DNA from: a virus
Length of the DNA: 64,000 nt
IMG/VR virus record: IMGVR_UViG_3300025930_000141
Span: 16,712-80,711 of that record
Reading direction: 5' to 3' (one strand)
Shown here piece after piece: positions 55,301 to 64,000 of this stretch. The notes beneath the pieces are model-generated. The model did not search any database, was not told the DNA's origin, and was given only the letters and a program-made list of their open reading frames with translations. The stretch's first letter is position 1; every line of letters begins with the position of its first letter. A program made the translations under genes and the position numbers.

Positions 55301-55672
55301 GTCGATTCGTGGCTTGAAGTAGTAACCCTCGGTCCAGCCGATGCGGCTCAGGGTATCGAGGTTTTCCAGCCCTTGCTGGTTCTGTGCAAGCAGAGTAATG
55401 TGGTTGTACACGCTGGTGCCGTCCTGACGGGCAGCCTTGCTGCGCCGGTCGAAACGGTCCAGGGTAATGTAGGCTTCCTGTCCCAGAATAGGGATGATAC
55501 CGGCCTCGCCAGCCTGACGTAAAAACTCACGGTGACCAATGTTGGTCCCGTGATTTGTCTGAGCCAGGTGTGTGATGCCAATTTCCTTGGCTCGCACCAT
55601 GTATTCTGCTGGGGTAGAGGCACCGTCCAGAACGGAGTAACCGTCGTGGACGTGTAGTTCTGCGTGCTGCAT
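52391..55672 (-). CDS. dnaE: DNA polymerase III alpha subunit (DnaE-like)
   Basis: PHP HVH.GYSVLDG, GRGSA, DIDTD, HPGG, KYDLLGL, YQEQ, FAKAH, OB fold. Confidence 0.95.
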   Translation of the reverse strand: MQHAELHVHDGYSVLDGASTPAEYMVRAKEIGITHLAQTNHGTNIGHREFLRQAGEAGIIPILGQEAYITLDRFDRRSKAARQDGTSVYNHITLLAQNQQGLENLDTLSRIGWTEGYYFKPRIDLEVLEEHNEGIVALSGCMSGMIAKAIEAGDKPQAEQLAKDFKRIFGDRFYMEVMESNDKKLNKALASLAKKHGIPVVITSDCHMASKDDLWLAESMLIINTSPKLVKEIDRSKLAQAEFVEKLNYLYPDRTMSFKDFELWLHTYDEHKANLEKHGIGEEALTNTMVIANTVEEYTYHERLDLLPVVSEQADEELRQETYRGLQERGINTEENLARVNFELDTITSLGLSNYFLIAKEYVQWATDNDIFTGYGRGSAVSYLTNYALRLTKINPMPYNLLPERFLSVDRDDPADIDTDFAIDGRYQVKKHVVDVYGNVSNILTITEYKDKSALKAAAKVVGVPFAVAAKIGKTVETIDAYQRHPDLANVRKQYPDLAKLAKALVGRIQSTGVHPGGVILSAEPIERYVPIQSANDPSDEGAGRVPVAGADMRELADIGFVKYDLLGLRTLSIVDDALKLIKQRHGIDIDIEQIPLDDKNIYDMISAGHTSLLFQAEQSASTRTILNMGGVHNFDELVASNALVRPGAANSTVGSTYMRGKKTGNIKYIHKDAEWFTRETYGAILYQEQQLLLCQEIAGMSPAHANKVRKAISKKIPQDLAVWKDEFINGASDKLGRTKAAAVWKDLEASADYAFAKAHAVGYSMLTLLTAYLKYYYPIEYITSALSRLKSSNKNDRMKMLTYLLEVKRLGIRVRMPHVNKSDIHISIQTDEEGDYIRFGLESVKGIGPKTAKRILDGAPYASYEALTIAAEQKYSGISSGVLAALNAVGAAAFEDNPRTGNEPDNYYKYLNVPSLAYDLPPDIKAQFATLDEHDESATYVTMAMCQQITRKDNWQRVDFLDETDVKGIFTSFGEEYETGQIYVLLVSNNTVIEKCRVEELDSSIIGKFLGKNDMSDVPDAMYKVLSLNTRITKAGKRMGDIVLVDNEKNLFGAIVWPSTYPQVHTLCKPGNVVDIELKEMDDGKLSVERIL

Positions 55673-56025
55673 TAGTCCTTCTTACGGATAACGTCGAAGT
55701 GAAGTTCTTCGTTTAACCCGAAGCCGTCGGGATGCGGGTCGTGTACCATTTTACCATTACGGTAAATCACGACATGAGCCAGATTCTTGTACCGGGGCGA
55801 TGGGCCGCTCACCAGATAATATTCGTCGGTATCCAGGTGACCCCAGACCGGCTCAATTTTGTAACCTCTCTCATCCAGCCAGGTTACGGTTTGCAACCAC
55901 CAGTGGGTGGGTCCGTCATTTACGAAGTCTGGTACCTCGTCCATCGGTAGGTCCATTACCGAAGCAATGGCCGTCTGCCAGCAGTTTCCCTGCTTGCCAA
56001 AAGCGTTCTGGTGGTGTGGTGTCAT
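55672..56025 (-). CDS. hypothetical protein (papain-like fold candidate)
   Basis: GNCWQTAIAS...HVV...HDPHP. Confidence 0.6.
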   Translation of the reverse strand: MTPHHQNAFGKQGNCWQTAIASVMDLPMDEVPDFVNDGPTHWWLQTVTWLDERGYKIEPVWGHLDTDEYYLVSGPSPRYKNLAHVVIYRNGKMVHDPHPDGFGLNEELHFDVIRKKD

Positions 56026-56306
56026 TTCCTGCTTTGTATGTATTCCATTGTGACTCGTCTGAGCCCTCGTCGCCTATTGCGACGGTAGATGCGAGTAACG
56101 TCTTTATGACAAGACACGCACAGTGGAATCAAGTCGTATCTAGCCGACTCTCTTCCTAGTCGAGTATAATCCATGTGGTGAACTTGAATCGGCCCACTGA
56201 CAGAGTTACACGCCTTGCATCGCTTTCCGTGGATTGCGAAACACTCATTGCGCTTGTTCTGCCAGTGGACCGACTTGAGGTATGCGCGGTACGCATTTGA
56301 AATCAT
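56022..56306 (-). CDS. HNH endonuclease
   Basis: CKAC...VHH..Y...LCVSCH. Confidence 0.85.
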   Translation of the reverse strand: MISNAYRAYLKSVHWQNKRNECFAIHGKRCKACNSVSGPIQVHHMDYTRLGRESARYDLIPLCVSCHKDVTRIYRRNRRRGLRRVTMEYIQSRK

Positions 56307-56322
56307 ACCGCCATTATACCAT

Positions 56323-57006
56323 TTACCAGTCTACGTCAACCTTTTCAGCGGTGACCGGTTCCTTTGCAGACTCCTGCTTTGGTGTGTCACCATCTGACTT
56401 GAGGTTACCAGTCGTGTAGTAGCGCTCCTGCTTCTCAGGCTCTACCTTGAATGGTGCTTGCTCAAGGTCCCAAAGGTCGTACTCTTCTACGTTTACCTTC
56501 TTGGCCTTAGGCAATTGCTGAATGCTGTAAGAGGTCTTCTTGTCCGAACCGGTACGAGTCAACTTGAACGTCTTGTCGGTAATCGAGTAATCGAAGTCTT
56601 CGTCAGCAGCAATGGCACGAAGGTCATTAGCAATCGAGCCCTTGGTTGAGAAACCGCGCGATAGCACGGCTACGTATGGCTCTTCGCCAGCCTTTTCTAC
56701 AAGCACATTGATGTAGAGTACGCGCTTTTGCCACCAGCCCTGCTCGCAGCCGTAGCACGAGCCCTCGTCAGCGGTGCACGATGCGTGATACTGAAAGTGG
56801 TCTGGGTTTGCGTGTTCTAGGTTCGTAACGGCCAAGCCGTTCTTCTCCGAGTAATTCGGGGAACCTGTGTCAAACTCTTGAAGTGGTGTAACCTTGACAG
56901 ACTCGCCGTCTGCCAACTTTACCCATACCGTCTTCTGACGGTCTGGAAAGTCGTTGCTTTCCGCCAAACTCTTATCGAGTTCAGCCAATCCTGTAATGAA
57001 TCCCAT
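56323..57006 (-). CDS. ssDNA-binding protein (T4 gp32-like)
   Basis: Zn Cys/His cluster, KLTRTG..KTSY, acidic C-terminus ending W; between primase and polymerase. Confidence 0.75.
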   Translation of the reverse strand: MGFITGLAELDKSLAESNDFPDRQKTVWVKLADGESVKVTPLQEFDTGSPNYSEKNGLAVTNLEHANPDHFQYHASCTADEGSCYGCEQGWWQKRVLYINVLVEKAGEEPYVAVLSRGFSTKGSIANDLRAIAADEDFDYSITDKTFKLTRTGSDKKTSYSIQQLPKAKKVNVEEYDLWDLEQAPFKVEPEKQERYYTTGNLKSDGDTPKQESAKEPVTAEKVDVDW

Positions 57007-57057
57007 TTAGTCTCATTTCTCCTAGTGTGTGGTGCTGGGCACATGCCCATCCACCTA

Positions 57058-58122
57058 TCATTGTACCACGGCGATGCGGTCGTAGTCAAGTTGTCTGTAC
57101 TCTAAACTGCCTATCGGGGCAACCAACATTTTGGATATTTCTGCATCGGTTAGGTCGGTTGCATCTTTCTTTCCGTTAGGAAATACTTCCTGGTCGGAAT
57201 ATACCGCCCACTTGACCCGTTTGTTGGGTAATGCGTCATGAATCTGCCAAGCCAAGTCCCTACCGGGCCGGTGGCCCTTGCAGGGACCGCCACACTTATG
57301 ACAGCGACCCTTCTGGAAATGCAGGTCAAAGTCAGTCATAAGGATGATGGTGGAAAAGGTTCTGTCCAGTTGTTGGATTTGTAGCGTGCTCAGTGAGCCA
57401 CCCAGCAGGGCCACCACGTTAGGGTAGCCCGCCTGATGAATTTTCATGGCGTCAAAGGATGACTCCACGATTATCACCGTGTCCCCGTGCCGCTTGGCCC
57501 GGTGGAAGTTCCATACTGTTTTAGACTTTGGTAGGTGGTCAGAGTTTTTGAAGTCTTTGCCCTCTATGCTCCGACCTATGAATCCTATCAGCATACCGCT
57601 CGGGTCGTGCATGGGCACGATAACCATGTCCTGCTTGACCGAGTAGCCGACACCAAAATGTTCTAGAGTATCTGTATCAAATCCTCTTTTACGCATATAC
57701 AGTAAGCCACGGGTATCAGTCCACAAAGCCTGTCGCATGCGCAATACCGGCTCTTCTGGAAACTGCACAAACTCGGCGGGTGCCGAGTCACGCATGCGCT
57801 TCATTAACTCCCAAGCGGGTCTGCGCCCGGATTGCACGAGCCGTGCAAATTCGAACACGTTAACGTCCTTGAGCCTGGCAGCCAAATTGCTCAGCGTACC
57901 GGCAGCAGCACACGATGGGTTGAAGCAACAATACAAACCACTCAACTTATCGACCACAAATGCCGGGTCGTTGGAGTTCGGGTGGAACGGACAAAACCCT
58001 ATGAAGTGCGTAGAGGTTTGCGACTCGATAGTTACTCCGCAGTGCTCAAGGACTGCTGCGACTTGCTCTTCGGAGTATACTTCGGTATTTCTTTGCCGCT
58101 CAGGATTCCACCTACGGTCCAT
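57058..58122 (-). CDS. dnaG: DNA primase (CHC2 zinc finger + TOPRIM)
   Basis: CPFH...CFNPSC, GR, VESSFDA, TDFD, KDATD. Confidence 0.9.
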   Translation of the reverse strand: MDRRWNPERQRNTEVYSEEQVAAVLEHCGVTIESQTSTHFIGFCPFHPNSNDPAFVVDKLSGLYCCFNPSCAAAGTLSNLAARLKDVNVFEFARLVQSGRRPAWELMKRMRDSAPAEFVQFPEEPVLRMRQALWTDTRGLLYMRKRGFDTDTLEHFGVGYSVKQDMVIVPMHDPSGMLIGFIGRSIEGKDFKNSDHLPKSKTVWNFHRAKRHGDTVIIVESSFDAMKIHQAGYPNVVALLGGSLSTLQIQQLDRTFSTIILMTDFDLHFQKGRCHKCGGPCKGHRPGRDLAWQIHDALPNKRVKWAVYSDQEVFPNGKKDATDLTDAEISKMLVAPIGSLEYRQLDYDRIAVVQ

Positions 58123-58349
58123 GTCTTTTCCTTGTCAATCTTTACACCATAAACAGACAGAGCGAATGTGTACCGCTCTTGTGCTGCGTCGTAGTCCACG
58201 GTAAACTGCGGCTCGATATCGAGCGCCGGGACATACCCCTGTTCGCGCATCATGTTCTCAACAAAGTCAACTAACCTTTCGCGCGTCTTGGTTACTTCTC
58301 TATCGGCAATCTCGCCATTGAGATTGAATCGCTGAATCTCGTCATGCAT
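58032..58349 (-). CDS. hypothetical protein
   Basis: ORF between helicase and primase. Confidence 0.6.
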   Translation of the reverse strand: MHDEIQRFNLNGEIADREVTKTRERLVDFVENMMREQGYVPALDIEPQFTVDYDAAQERYTFALSVYGVKIDKEKTWTVGGILSGKEIPKYTPKSKSQQSLSTAE

Positions 58350-59563
58350 TAGAATACTTCCTGATATGTGCCGTTGTTAATGTCCCAGTCTATGGAGCCC
58401 GAGAACAACGGTCCGTTTCGATTCTTTCTTCCTACCGCGTCCACGAGGTTGGATTCATCGTATCCGTGTACCGCGATTGCCAGGTCAGAGTCATAAGCCA
58501 ACTGCTTGGAATATGCTACCTGTTCAACCATCGGTGGTCCGTCTACGCTGGTACCACTCTCGGGAGTGGCCGAAGAAATTGCCACTACTCCCAACTCATC
58601 CTGCACAGCAATCGTCTTGAACTCATTAGACATGTTACGCATCTTCGAAGTCATGTCGTTCGACTGTGCGTTGTCTGAGCCCAATTGGCAGTAATCAAAG
58701 AAAACAATGTCCGGCTGGTATCTGTCAATCTTACCTCGCACGACGTTGGGCGTCATGGTACCGAGGGTATCGTTGGATACCACATGAAACTTATTGTTCA
58801 TGCCGTCCATTCTGGCTTCCAGTTCCTTCATACCCGCCTCCGGGTATTGTCCCAGTTCCAAGTCAGAATTCTTGAAAAGACCTGACCCCATAATCGTATA
58901 GGCTCGGTTCTGAACCTTGAGCACTGGCATTTCCAGGCTCACAATCATAGGGGTGTATCCCTGGGTGAAGGCATTAACTGCCATGAGCGTTGCTAGAAGC
59001 GACTTTTTGCGTCCTGTGAATCCCAGGATAACAACGAAGTCGCCAGGAGAGATACCGGCAGTGTACGACGCATCAATGAATGATACGCCTGTCGGAATAC
59101 CCGGCTGCCCACCACGGGCTTCGGCGCGGGCTCGTAATTCGTCTAGACTCTTACGTGCTGCCTCTACGTCCGAAATGTCTACGTCGTGGGAGACGGTTGC
59201 GATTCTGTTTAATCTTGAGAATTCCGCCTGTAGGTCGGCCAGGACTCGTGCTGAATTCATTCCATTACTCAGGGCTGCTGACTTCTGGAATAGCAACTGG
59301 TCCAGCCGGTTGCTTAATACCTCTTCTCGCAACTGGTCAATATAGAATTGTGTTGGTAGTTCTGTCTTAACATATTCTAGGGCATCGAATCGGCCCTTGA
59401 TAGTGTTAAAGTCTGGTACTGTGTGATACTTTGTGTAAAAGGCCTTAATGGACCTCCACACGTCGCCATAGGTTTGTAGTAGGTCGTCTACGCCGTTGGC
59501 GAACAGGGTGCCTATATCCTTGCTCTCTAATACTGCGTTGATAACAAGTAGTTCTTTATTCAA
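58349..59563 (-). CDS. dnaB: DnaB-like replicative helicase
   Basis: GIPTG, SLEM, FDYCQL, SKQLAYDSD, KNRNG. Confidence 0.9.
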   Translation of the reverse strand: MNKELLVINAVLESKDIGTLFANGVDDLLQTYGDVWRSIKAFYTKYHTVPDFNTIKGRFDALEYVKTELPTQFYIDQLREEVLSNRLDQLLFQKSAALSNGMNSARVLADLQAEFSRLNRIATVSHDVDISDVEAARKSLDELRARAEARGGQPGIPTGVSFIDASYTAGISPGDFVVILGFTGRKKSLLATLMAVNAFTQGYTPMIVSLEMPVLKVQNRAYTIMGSGLFKNSDLELGQYPEAGMKELEARMDGMNNKFHVVSNDTLGTMTPNVVRGKIDRYQPDIVFFDYCQLGSDNAQSNDMTSKMRNMSNEFKTIAVQDELGVVAISSATPESGTSVDGPPMVEQVAYSKQLAYDSDLAIAVHGYDESNLVDAVGRKNRNGPLFSGSIDWDINNGTYQEVF

Positions 59564-59910
59564 CCTATTCCTTTCTTACCGGATGCCAACCACTCTTCGG
59601 TGCGACGCTTGGTTTCCTCTCGGAGCCTCTGTTGTAGGGCTGCATCCTCGTTGTGCTGGCGCATCGCTTCCACCAGTCTATCATACCCGTAGAACAGGTC
59701 ATTGATTTTATGCTTATTACTTGACTGAGTTGTTAAGAAGAAGTCTATGACCTCTCTCAGTTCATCGGACGTAAAGTCCATCAGCATGTTTTGAAAGTAT
59801 CCCTTAGCAATGTTCCTGTTCACTACCGGCGCTTTGCCGTACTTCGCAGTATACTGCTTGATGAAGTAACTAGTCAGCGCATGGCACTGGGCGGCGGTAG
59901 GGGTAGCCAT
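59560..59910 (-). CDS. hypothetical protein (replication-associated)
   Basis: directly upstream of helicase. Confidence 0.6.
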   Translation of the reverse strand: MATPTAAQCHALTSYFIKQYTAKYGKAPVVNRNIAKGYFQNMLMDFTSDELREVIDFFLTTQSSNKHKINDLFYGYDRLVEAMRQHNEDAALQQRLREETKRRTEEWLASGKKGIG

Positions 59911-60107
59911 TACTTGGCCTTGTTGGCTGAGTCGATTTCGTCAAACTTAGCGTCGGTCCACTTCTGGACCGTGGCCTCTACGCGGGCCTTGGCATCGTCT
60001 TCGTTTTCTCCATCACGGACCTCAGAGGTCCAAGAGTAGAACGCCGTTGCGTTGTTGTATCCCATGTTGTACTTAAAACCTAGGGATACGGTTACCGTGT
60101 CTGTCAT
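59910..60107 (-). CDS. hypothetical protein
   Basis: coupled ORF. Confidence 0.55.
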   Translation of the reverse strand: MTDTVTVSLGFKYNMGYNNATAFYSWTSEVRDGENEDDAKARVEATVQKWTDAKFDEIDSANKAK

Positions 60108-60113
60108 TGTTTC

Positions 60114-60614
60114 CTATTCTCGGGCGCGCCAGGTCGGCACAAATTGCCCGTCTTTGTTCTTCACATATAGCACGTCTTCGTCGTGTATTAATGCCCGCAG
60201 TTCTCGCGGGGTGGGAAGATTCCACGCGGTGGACTCGCCGTCGCGGCGGGGTCGGCCTCGGTGGACGCTCGCAAAGTAGTCTAGCAGACCCAACAGTGCT
60301 TCCTCATTCCACCAGTGCTCTTTCTTGCGACCGGTATTAAGCGAATAAGAATGTGGTGGCTCGGGGATATCTCCCCGCTGTACTGCTAGTTGTACTGATT
60401 CTCGCGTACGGTTGACCATGGCTGCGGCCTCTTTTGTGGTAAAGGCCTTTTGCTTGTGTCGCTGTACGTACGTATAATTGAGAGAGACCTTCTTGTGTTG
60501 TGGAAAATTCCACGCGACAAGAAGGTCCTTCCCGCGATGTATCCTAAGTAGTTGGTGAAGTTCACCATCTAGGAACCAGTGAATATTAGTTCTCCACTGT
60601 CTGGTACCTCGCAC
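60114..60614 (-). CDS. HTH DNA-binding protein
   Basis: FTTKEAAAMVNRT HTH; GRPRRDG. Confidence 0.7.
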   Translation of the reverse strand: MRGTRQWRTNIHWFLDGELHQLLRIHRGKDLLVAWNFPQHKKVSLNYTYVQRHKQKAFTTKEAAAMVNRTRESVQLAVQRGDIPEPPHSYSLNTGRKKEHWWNEEALLGLLDYFASVHRGRPRRDGESTAWNLPTPRELRALIHDEDVLYVKNKDGQFVPTWRARE

Positions 60615-60848
60615 TTAGAAACCTCGCTTTACTAGTGATGCTGGGCTCACGGTGTTGCTTGAGCCTACACTGACAAAAGAGGTAAGCAGTGAGATTACCG
60701 CTGCTGTTGCTCCTGTCAACAGGATTGTAGGCCAGTCGAAGCCCGTTACGGGTGTCGTTGCTGCTACACCGATGACCGCCAAAACGGCCTGAGCGAATGT
60801 CTTTAGAGCACGCTCAAGGGCGTCTCTCCAAAATAACTTGTCGAACAT
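60615..60848 (-). CDS. holin (r1t-like)
   Basis: FWRDALERALKTFAQ...SLLTS. Confidence 0.85.
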   Translation of the reverse strand: MFDKLFWRDALERALKTFAQAVLAVIGVAATTPVTGFDWPTILLTGATAAVISLLTSFVSVGSSNTVSPASLVKRGF

Positions 60849-60910
60849 ATGTATCCTCCCTTGTAGTGAGATACATTCATTCTATCACCTTGGAAGTCTA
60901 AAATCAAAGT

Positions 60911-61777
60911 TTAGCCCTTGAATATGTGGCCGTCAACCACACAGACGTAATCCCTAATCGGAATGAACTGCAAGTGTGCTTTGTCATCTACTACGTGAGC
61001 AATGCCGAAGCCCTGCTCCCATCTAGGATTATCTGCATAGCGCATACCATAGGCATCTACGTCAGAAAGGTGCCCCGTTCCCATACCGGCCAAACTGCGG
61101 CCAGGCATCATGTAGGAACGATAAACAACGCCGCCACGGTGGTCGTGGCCGCGCACGAGGCTTACGCCGTACTCTTCGATATCGTTCTTAACTGCGAGGC
61201 CGGTAACCGTAGAGGTAATCCCGTGATGTACGTGGATACCTCCAAAGCGTTCAAATGGTCGCTCGTGATACCAGCGCCAGGACATGCCCTGGTCGTCCAG
61301 TCCCCATAACAGGTCTGGCGTCAGCAGGTCTATGACCTCTGGTGCCTTACGGTCAATGTACTTGAACACTCTAATGTCGTGGTTGCCCAGCGAAACGTGT
61401 ATGTCGGCTTTCTTGGCTATGCTCCGTACGTCGGCATAGAATCTCTTAGCCTCGTCTGCGTATTCCTTTATCATTGGCAGCGGGTCTATGTCTTCCAGTA
61501 CCGGCTTCTCGGCTTCATCGCCGTTGGCTAATTTCTTCTCATATTCTATTGTTAACTTCTCGTTGTTCTTGGACTTAGCCTTTAACTGATTAAAGAACTC
61601 ATCTGTTGTACCGTCGGAATACGTCGAGTATTCCAACTGGTCGTCAATGTCTCCAACTATGTCAATCGCGTCGGGCTTCCACGTTCTGATAACGTCCATA
61701 ACCAGTGATACCGCTCGTACATCGTGATAGGGTATCTGTAGGTCGCCCAAGAACAACCATTTAATGTCGGTTGTCAA
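60911..61777 (-). CDS. metallophosphoesterase
   Basis: GDLQIPYHD, GD, GNHD, HHG, GHDHR, WEQGF. Confidence 0.85.
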   Translation of the reverse strand: MTTDIKWLFLGDLQIPYHDVRAVSLVMDVIRTWKPDAIDIVGDIDDQLEYSTYSDGTTDEFFNQLKAKSKNNEKLTIEYEKKLANGDEAEKPVLEDIDPLPMIKEYADEAKRFYADVRSIAKKADIHVSLGNHDIRVFKYIDRKAPEVIDLLTPDLLWGLDDQGMSWRWYHERPFERFGGIHVHHGITSTVTGLAVKNDIEEYGVSLVRGHDHRGGVVYRSYMMPGRSLAGMGTGHLSDVDAYGMRYADNPRWEQGFGIAHVVDDKAHLQFIPIRDYVCVVDGHIFKG

Positions 61778-61786
61778 TATTACCTT

Positions 61787-62506
61787 TCAATCCTTACGTA
61801 GCAGAGCGCGGATGAACTTGGCTTCATTCTTGCCAGCGTCCTTATATCCGATGTAATAACCACTATACATACCGGCCAGCGCCACTGCCATTCCTGCCGC
61901 TAGAACACCAACTCCCAAAGCGGCCTTTCCTACCGTCGTCTCCGGGGTCAGGTCTGGCGCAGGAATGATGCTGTCGTCGTCAGAATCTCTCGGTCTAAGC
62001 GTACCACGATGGGGCTTGTTCTGTCCAACGGCCACAGTCTTTGTCACTGTTGCTGTGGGCCGTGGTGCTGCCGACTGGGTAATGGTGGTCGTCGGGCCGA
62101 TTGTACGGGACGTTCCAGGGCCGCTAGAAATTACTGTGCGGGTGGGTCCCGGTACAATTCTGGTAGGCCCAGGAACCTGCACTGTAGCCGTTGTACGGAT
62201 GACTCTAGGCGGCAGCGTGATAGGCGGCAGCGTAATGGTCGCCTCGACATGAGGTCGAGCAGTTATGGTAATAACGGGCAGCGGTATGGTCAGGTCCAAT
62301 ACGACGATGCCTGCGGCCTTGCATTCGACTCTTTCGTTGTTTCCGCTTCGTGAGCCTTTACAGGCTACTACACCACCGGGCGCAGTTGACTCGATACTTT
62401 CGCTTCCGCCGCTGTCACCGTGGTCGGCTGACGCATTGGACATAATGGCAATAGGTATTAGAAATATCGTAGCCAACAGCATAATTGCGGCAATGATTCT
62501 GCTCAT
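61787..62506 (-). CDS. secreted/membrane Pro-Thr-rich protein
   Basis: signal peptide, PGPT repeats, C-terminal TM. Confidence 0.65.
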   Translation of the reverse strand: MSRIIAAIMLLATIFLIPIAIMSNASADHGDSGGSESIESTAPGGVVACKGSRSGNNERVECKAAGIVVLDLTIPLPVITITARPHVEATITLPPITLPPRVIRTTATVQVPGPTRIVPGPTRTVISSGPGTSRTIGPTTTITQSAAPRPTATVTKTVAVGQNKPHRGTLRPRDSDDDSIIPAPDLTPETTVGKAALGVGVLAAGMAVALAGMYSGYYIGYKDAGKNEAKFIRALLRKD

Positions 62507-62513
62507 GCAAGCA

Positions 62514-62795
62514 TTATACCGCGTGCGGCATTCTGTTGCCCTTTTCCAAGTTGCAACGGAGGTGCGCCGGGGCTACGTTTTCCCATGTATGGGTGCCGCC
62601 CTCGGCCAGCGGAATCACGTGGTCAATGGTGGCTGCCCACCAATTTGGAACGCGCAGGTACTTATTAATTTGCTTCTGGCAAATATTACAAATCCAGCCG
62701 TGAGCCTCAAACACATCGAGCGCAACAATACTATCGCCCTTAGCATATAATGCTCTTCTCTTTGGGCTGTAGTATTTGATTTTGCGTCTAGCCAC
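62514..62795 (-). CDS. HNH endonuclease
   Basis: CNIC, TIDHVIPL..GGTH...N...AH..CN..KG. Confidence 0.88.
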   Translation of the reverse strand: MARRKIKYYSPKRRALYAKGDSIVALDVFEAHGWICNICQKQINKYLRVPNWWAATIDHVIPLAEGGTHTWENVAPAHLRCNLEKGNRMPHAV

Positions 62796-62885
62796 GTTAG
62801 CCTCTTAGGGCTAATTATATGGCTTATTAAATTATAAAACCAAATGTAGTCGTTCGACTACATTCACGAATGTCGTCGTACTACG

Positions 62886-63326
62886 TCACGTGCCCATTGC
62901 AATCCAGTTGATGCACAGGGTGTTCTTGATTTTGTCCTTCTTAGCGGAGTCGTAGTATAGGTTTACCTTGGCCTCAAAGCCTTGGTGGTTAGGGTGGAAT
63001 GCTCCAATACCATTGATGGTGTGGAATATCTTTACCTTGTTACCCGAGGTTACCGAGGTGGTGACCACCGGAGCGGTACCCGTGGTAAACATGCTGGCGA
63101 AGTGGATTCGCAGGGTGGCCGAGTCGGAGTTACGTGGCGTGATTAGTCCACGCCCACATAGCAACTTAATACCGGTATCGGTGACACCGGAGGTCAGATG
63201 CATGTATTTGCCGTCAACCATTTGGTTACGCAAGAATATTAGGTTGTTGCTAATCTGGTCCAGGGTGTCTTCGTCTAGAAGTTGATTGGGTTGCCAGGTT
63301 ACTGCAACGAACTCGGTGCTAGCCAT
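62886..63326 (-). CDS. probable tail-associated protein
   Basis: beta-rich, PVV, NWIAMG C-terminus typical of tail-fibre domains. Confidence 0.6.
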   Translation of the reverse strand: MASTEFVAVTWQPNQLLDEDTLDQISNNLIFLRNQMVDGKYMHLTSGVTDTGIKLLCGRGLITPRNSDSATLRIHFASMFTTGTAPVVTTSVTSGNKVKIFHTINGIGAFHPNHQGFEAKVNLYYDSAKKDKIKNTLCINWIAMGT

Positions 63327-63705
63327 TTAGCGGGTTTCCCTTCTCATGCAAGTTGATTTCGTCCAGGGAGACGGTTACCACGTCCCAGGTTTGGTATCCC
63401 AAAGCATTAAGGATATCAGGGTTGGTGACCTGTCTTAGTTCCCCTTGTACGATTAGGTATATTCTACCGCTGGCTTGGCTACAAAGCAAACTGCCGTTTC
63501 TGAACTTTAAAGGTACCCCGACCCTCAGCCGCTTGACGGCTGGGTGGTCTTCGGAGGTTTCAATGACTCGGTGAGGATGCCACGAATCGAGGATTCGCCT
63601 GGTATTAATCGGTAGCCTCTTTACATCATTAAAGACGTAGTACCAACCCTTTTCGGTGTGGATGAAACTACCGGGCGGGTATGCCGAGATTTGAAAGTCA
63701 GTCGT
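63319..63705 (-). CDS. hypothetical protein
   Basis: repeat-like GS(F/L)...Y...R..I; start approximate. Confidence 0.55.
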   Translation of the reverse strand, partial: TTDFQISAYPPGSFIHTEKGWYYVFNDVKRLPINTRRILDSWHPHRVIETSEDHPAVKRLRVGVPLKFRNGSLLCSQASGRIYLIVQGELRQVTNPDILNALGYQTWDVVTVSLDEINLHEKGNPLNG

Positions 63706-63961
63706 CGCTTGCTTCTGTATCTTCCTTAACACTCTCTAACTCTCTGATACTGTTTTCTAGTTCTCTAACTCTAGCACTAAGTTCTTCATTCTCTTTACCT
63801 AGTAAAGTAATCTGAACTCTTCTATCAGCATCTTGGTCTTCGTAATTAGTAACCACATTACTTAGTCTTTCTCTAAGGGCTTGTAGTTTAAGTTCTAGTT
63901 TGAAGAAGTTTTGTTGTAGTTCGTCCTGGTTTATAAAGGGATTGGTCTCTGTCTCTGTCAT
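63698..63961 (-). CDS. coiled-coil protein
   Basis: heptads; leaderless after promoter. Confidence 0.6.
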   Translation of the reverse strand: MTETETNPFINQDELQQNFFKLELKLQALRERLSNVVTNYEDQDADRRVQITLLGKENEELSARVRELENSIRELESVKEDTEASDD

Positions 63962-63967
63962 GATTCA

Positions 63968-63996
63968 AGTGTAACGGACCGAGCGCAATCTGTCAA
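63968..63996 (-). promoter_or_regulatory. SigA-type promoter
   Basis: TTGACA-17-TACACT. Confidence 0.75.
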
Positions 63997-64000
63997 CCGA

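Noticed and set aside
52391-55672. Intein or intron in DnaE (also checked TerL, DnaB, RecA)
   Set aside because: Lengths are normal and no intein splice-junction motifs or frame interruptions are seen
58-63574. Numerous plus-strand ORFs in the track (e.g. 27141-27932, 53516-54181, 25729-26394)
   Set aside because: They are antisense shadows of well-supported minus-strand genes or tRNAs, with no recognisable motifs; all identified promoters face the minus strand
1-64000. Prophage or integration signals
   Set aside because: No integrase, repressor, att site or host genes in this window

Overview
A 64-kb segment of a large lytic actinobacterial phage genome. The layout resembles the big tRNA-rich Streptomyces-type siphoviruses; the exact host cannot be read from the sequence. 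Essentially all real genes are on the minus strand, driven by many SigA/HrdB-type promoters (TTGACA-17/18-TAnnnT). Right to left it carries: tail-associated genes and a holin; a replication/recombination block (DnaB, primase, SSB, DnaE, RecA, Cas4-like, RuvC); a GGQ release-factor homolog; a glycosylation cluster; dNMP kinase; and terminase small and large subunits. A ~27-kb accessory/RNA region (8.7-36 kb) follows, with about 39 tRNA or tRNA-like genes covering all 20 amino acids, a Ro60/TROVE gene, vWA proteins, a sortase with its LPXTG substrate, an NAD-salvage cluster (PnuC, NadR, PncA, macro domain), then rIIA/rIIB, a ClpP-like protease and WhiB. The most striking content is non-coding: (1) eight Y-RNA-like genes sharing a covarying bulged-C Ro-binding stem but carrying different apical domains; (2) two covarying ~128-nt pseudoknotted RNAs that fill tRNA spacers and end in ACCA flush with the next tRNA; (3) two tRNAs lacking a D-arm, with a D-loop-like motif moved behind the anticodon arm; (4) many other closed-stem small RNAs between tRNAs. 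All calls are by eye, from motifs and base-pairing, with no database searches.
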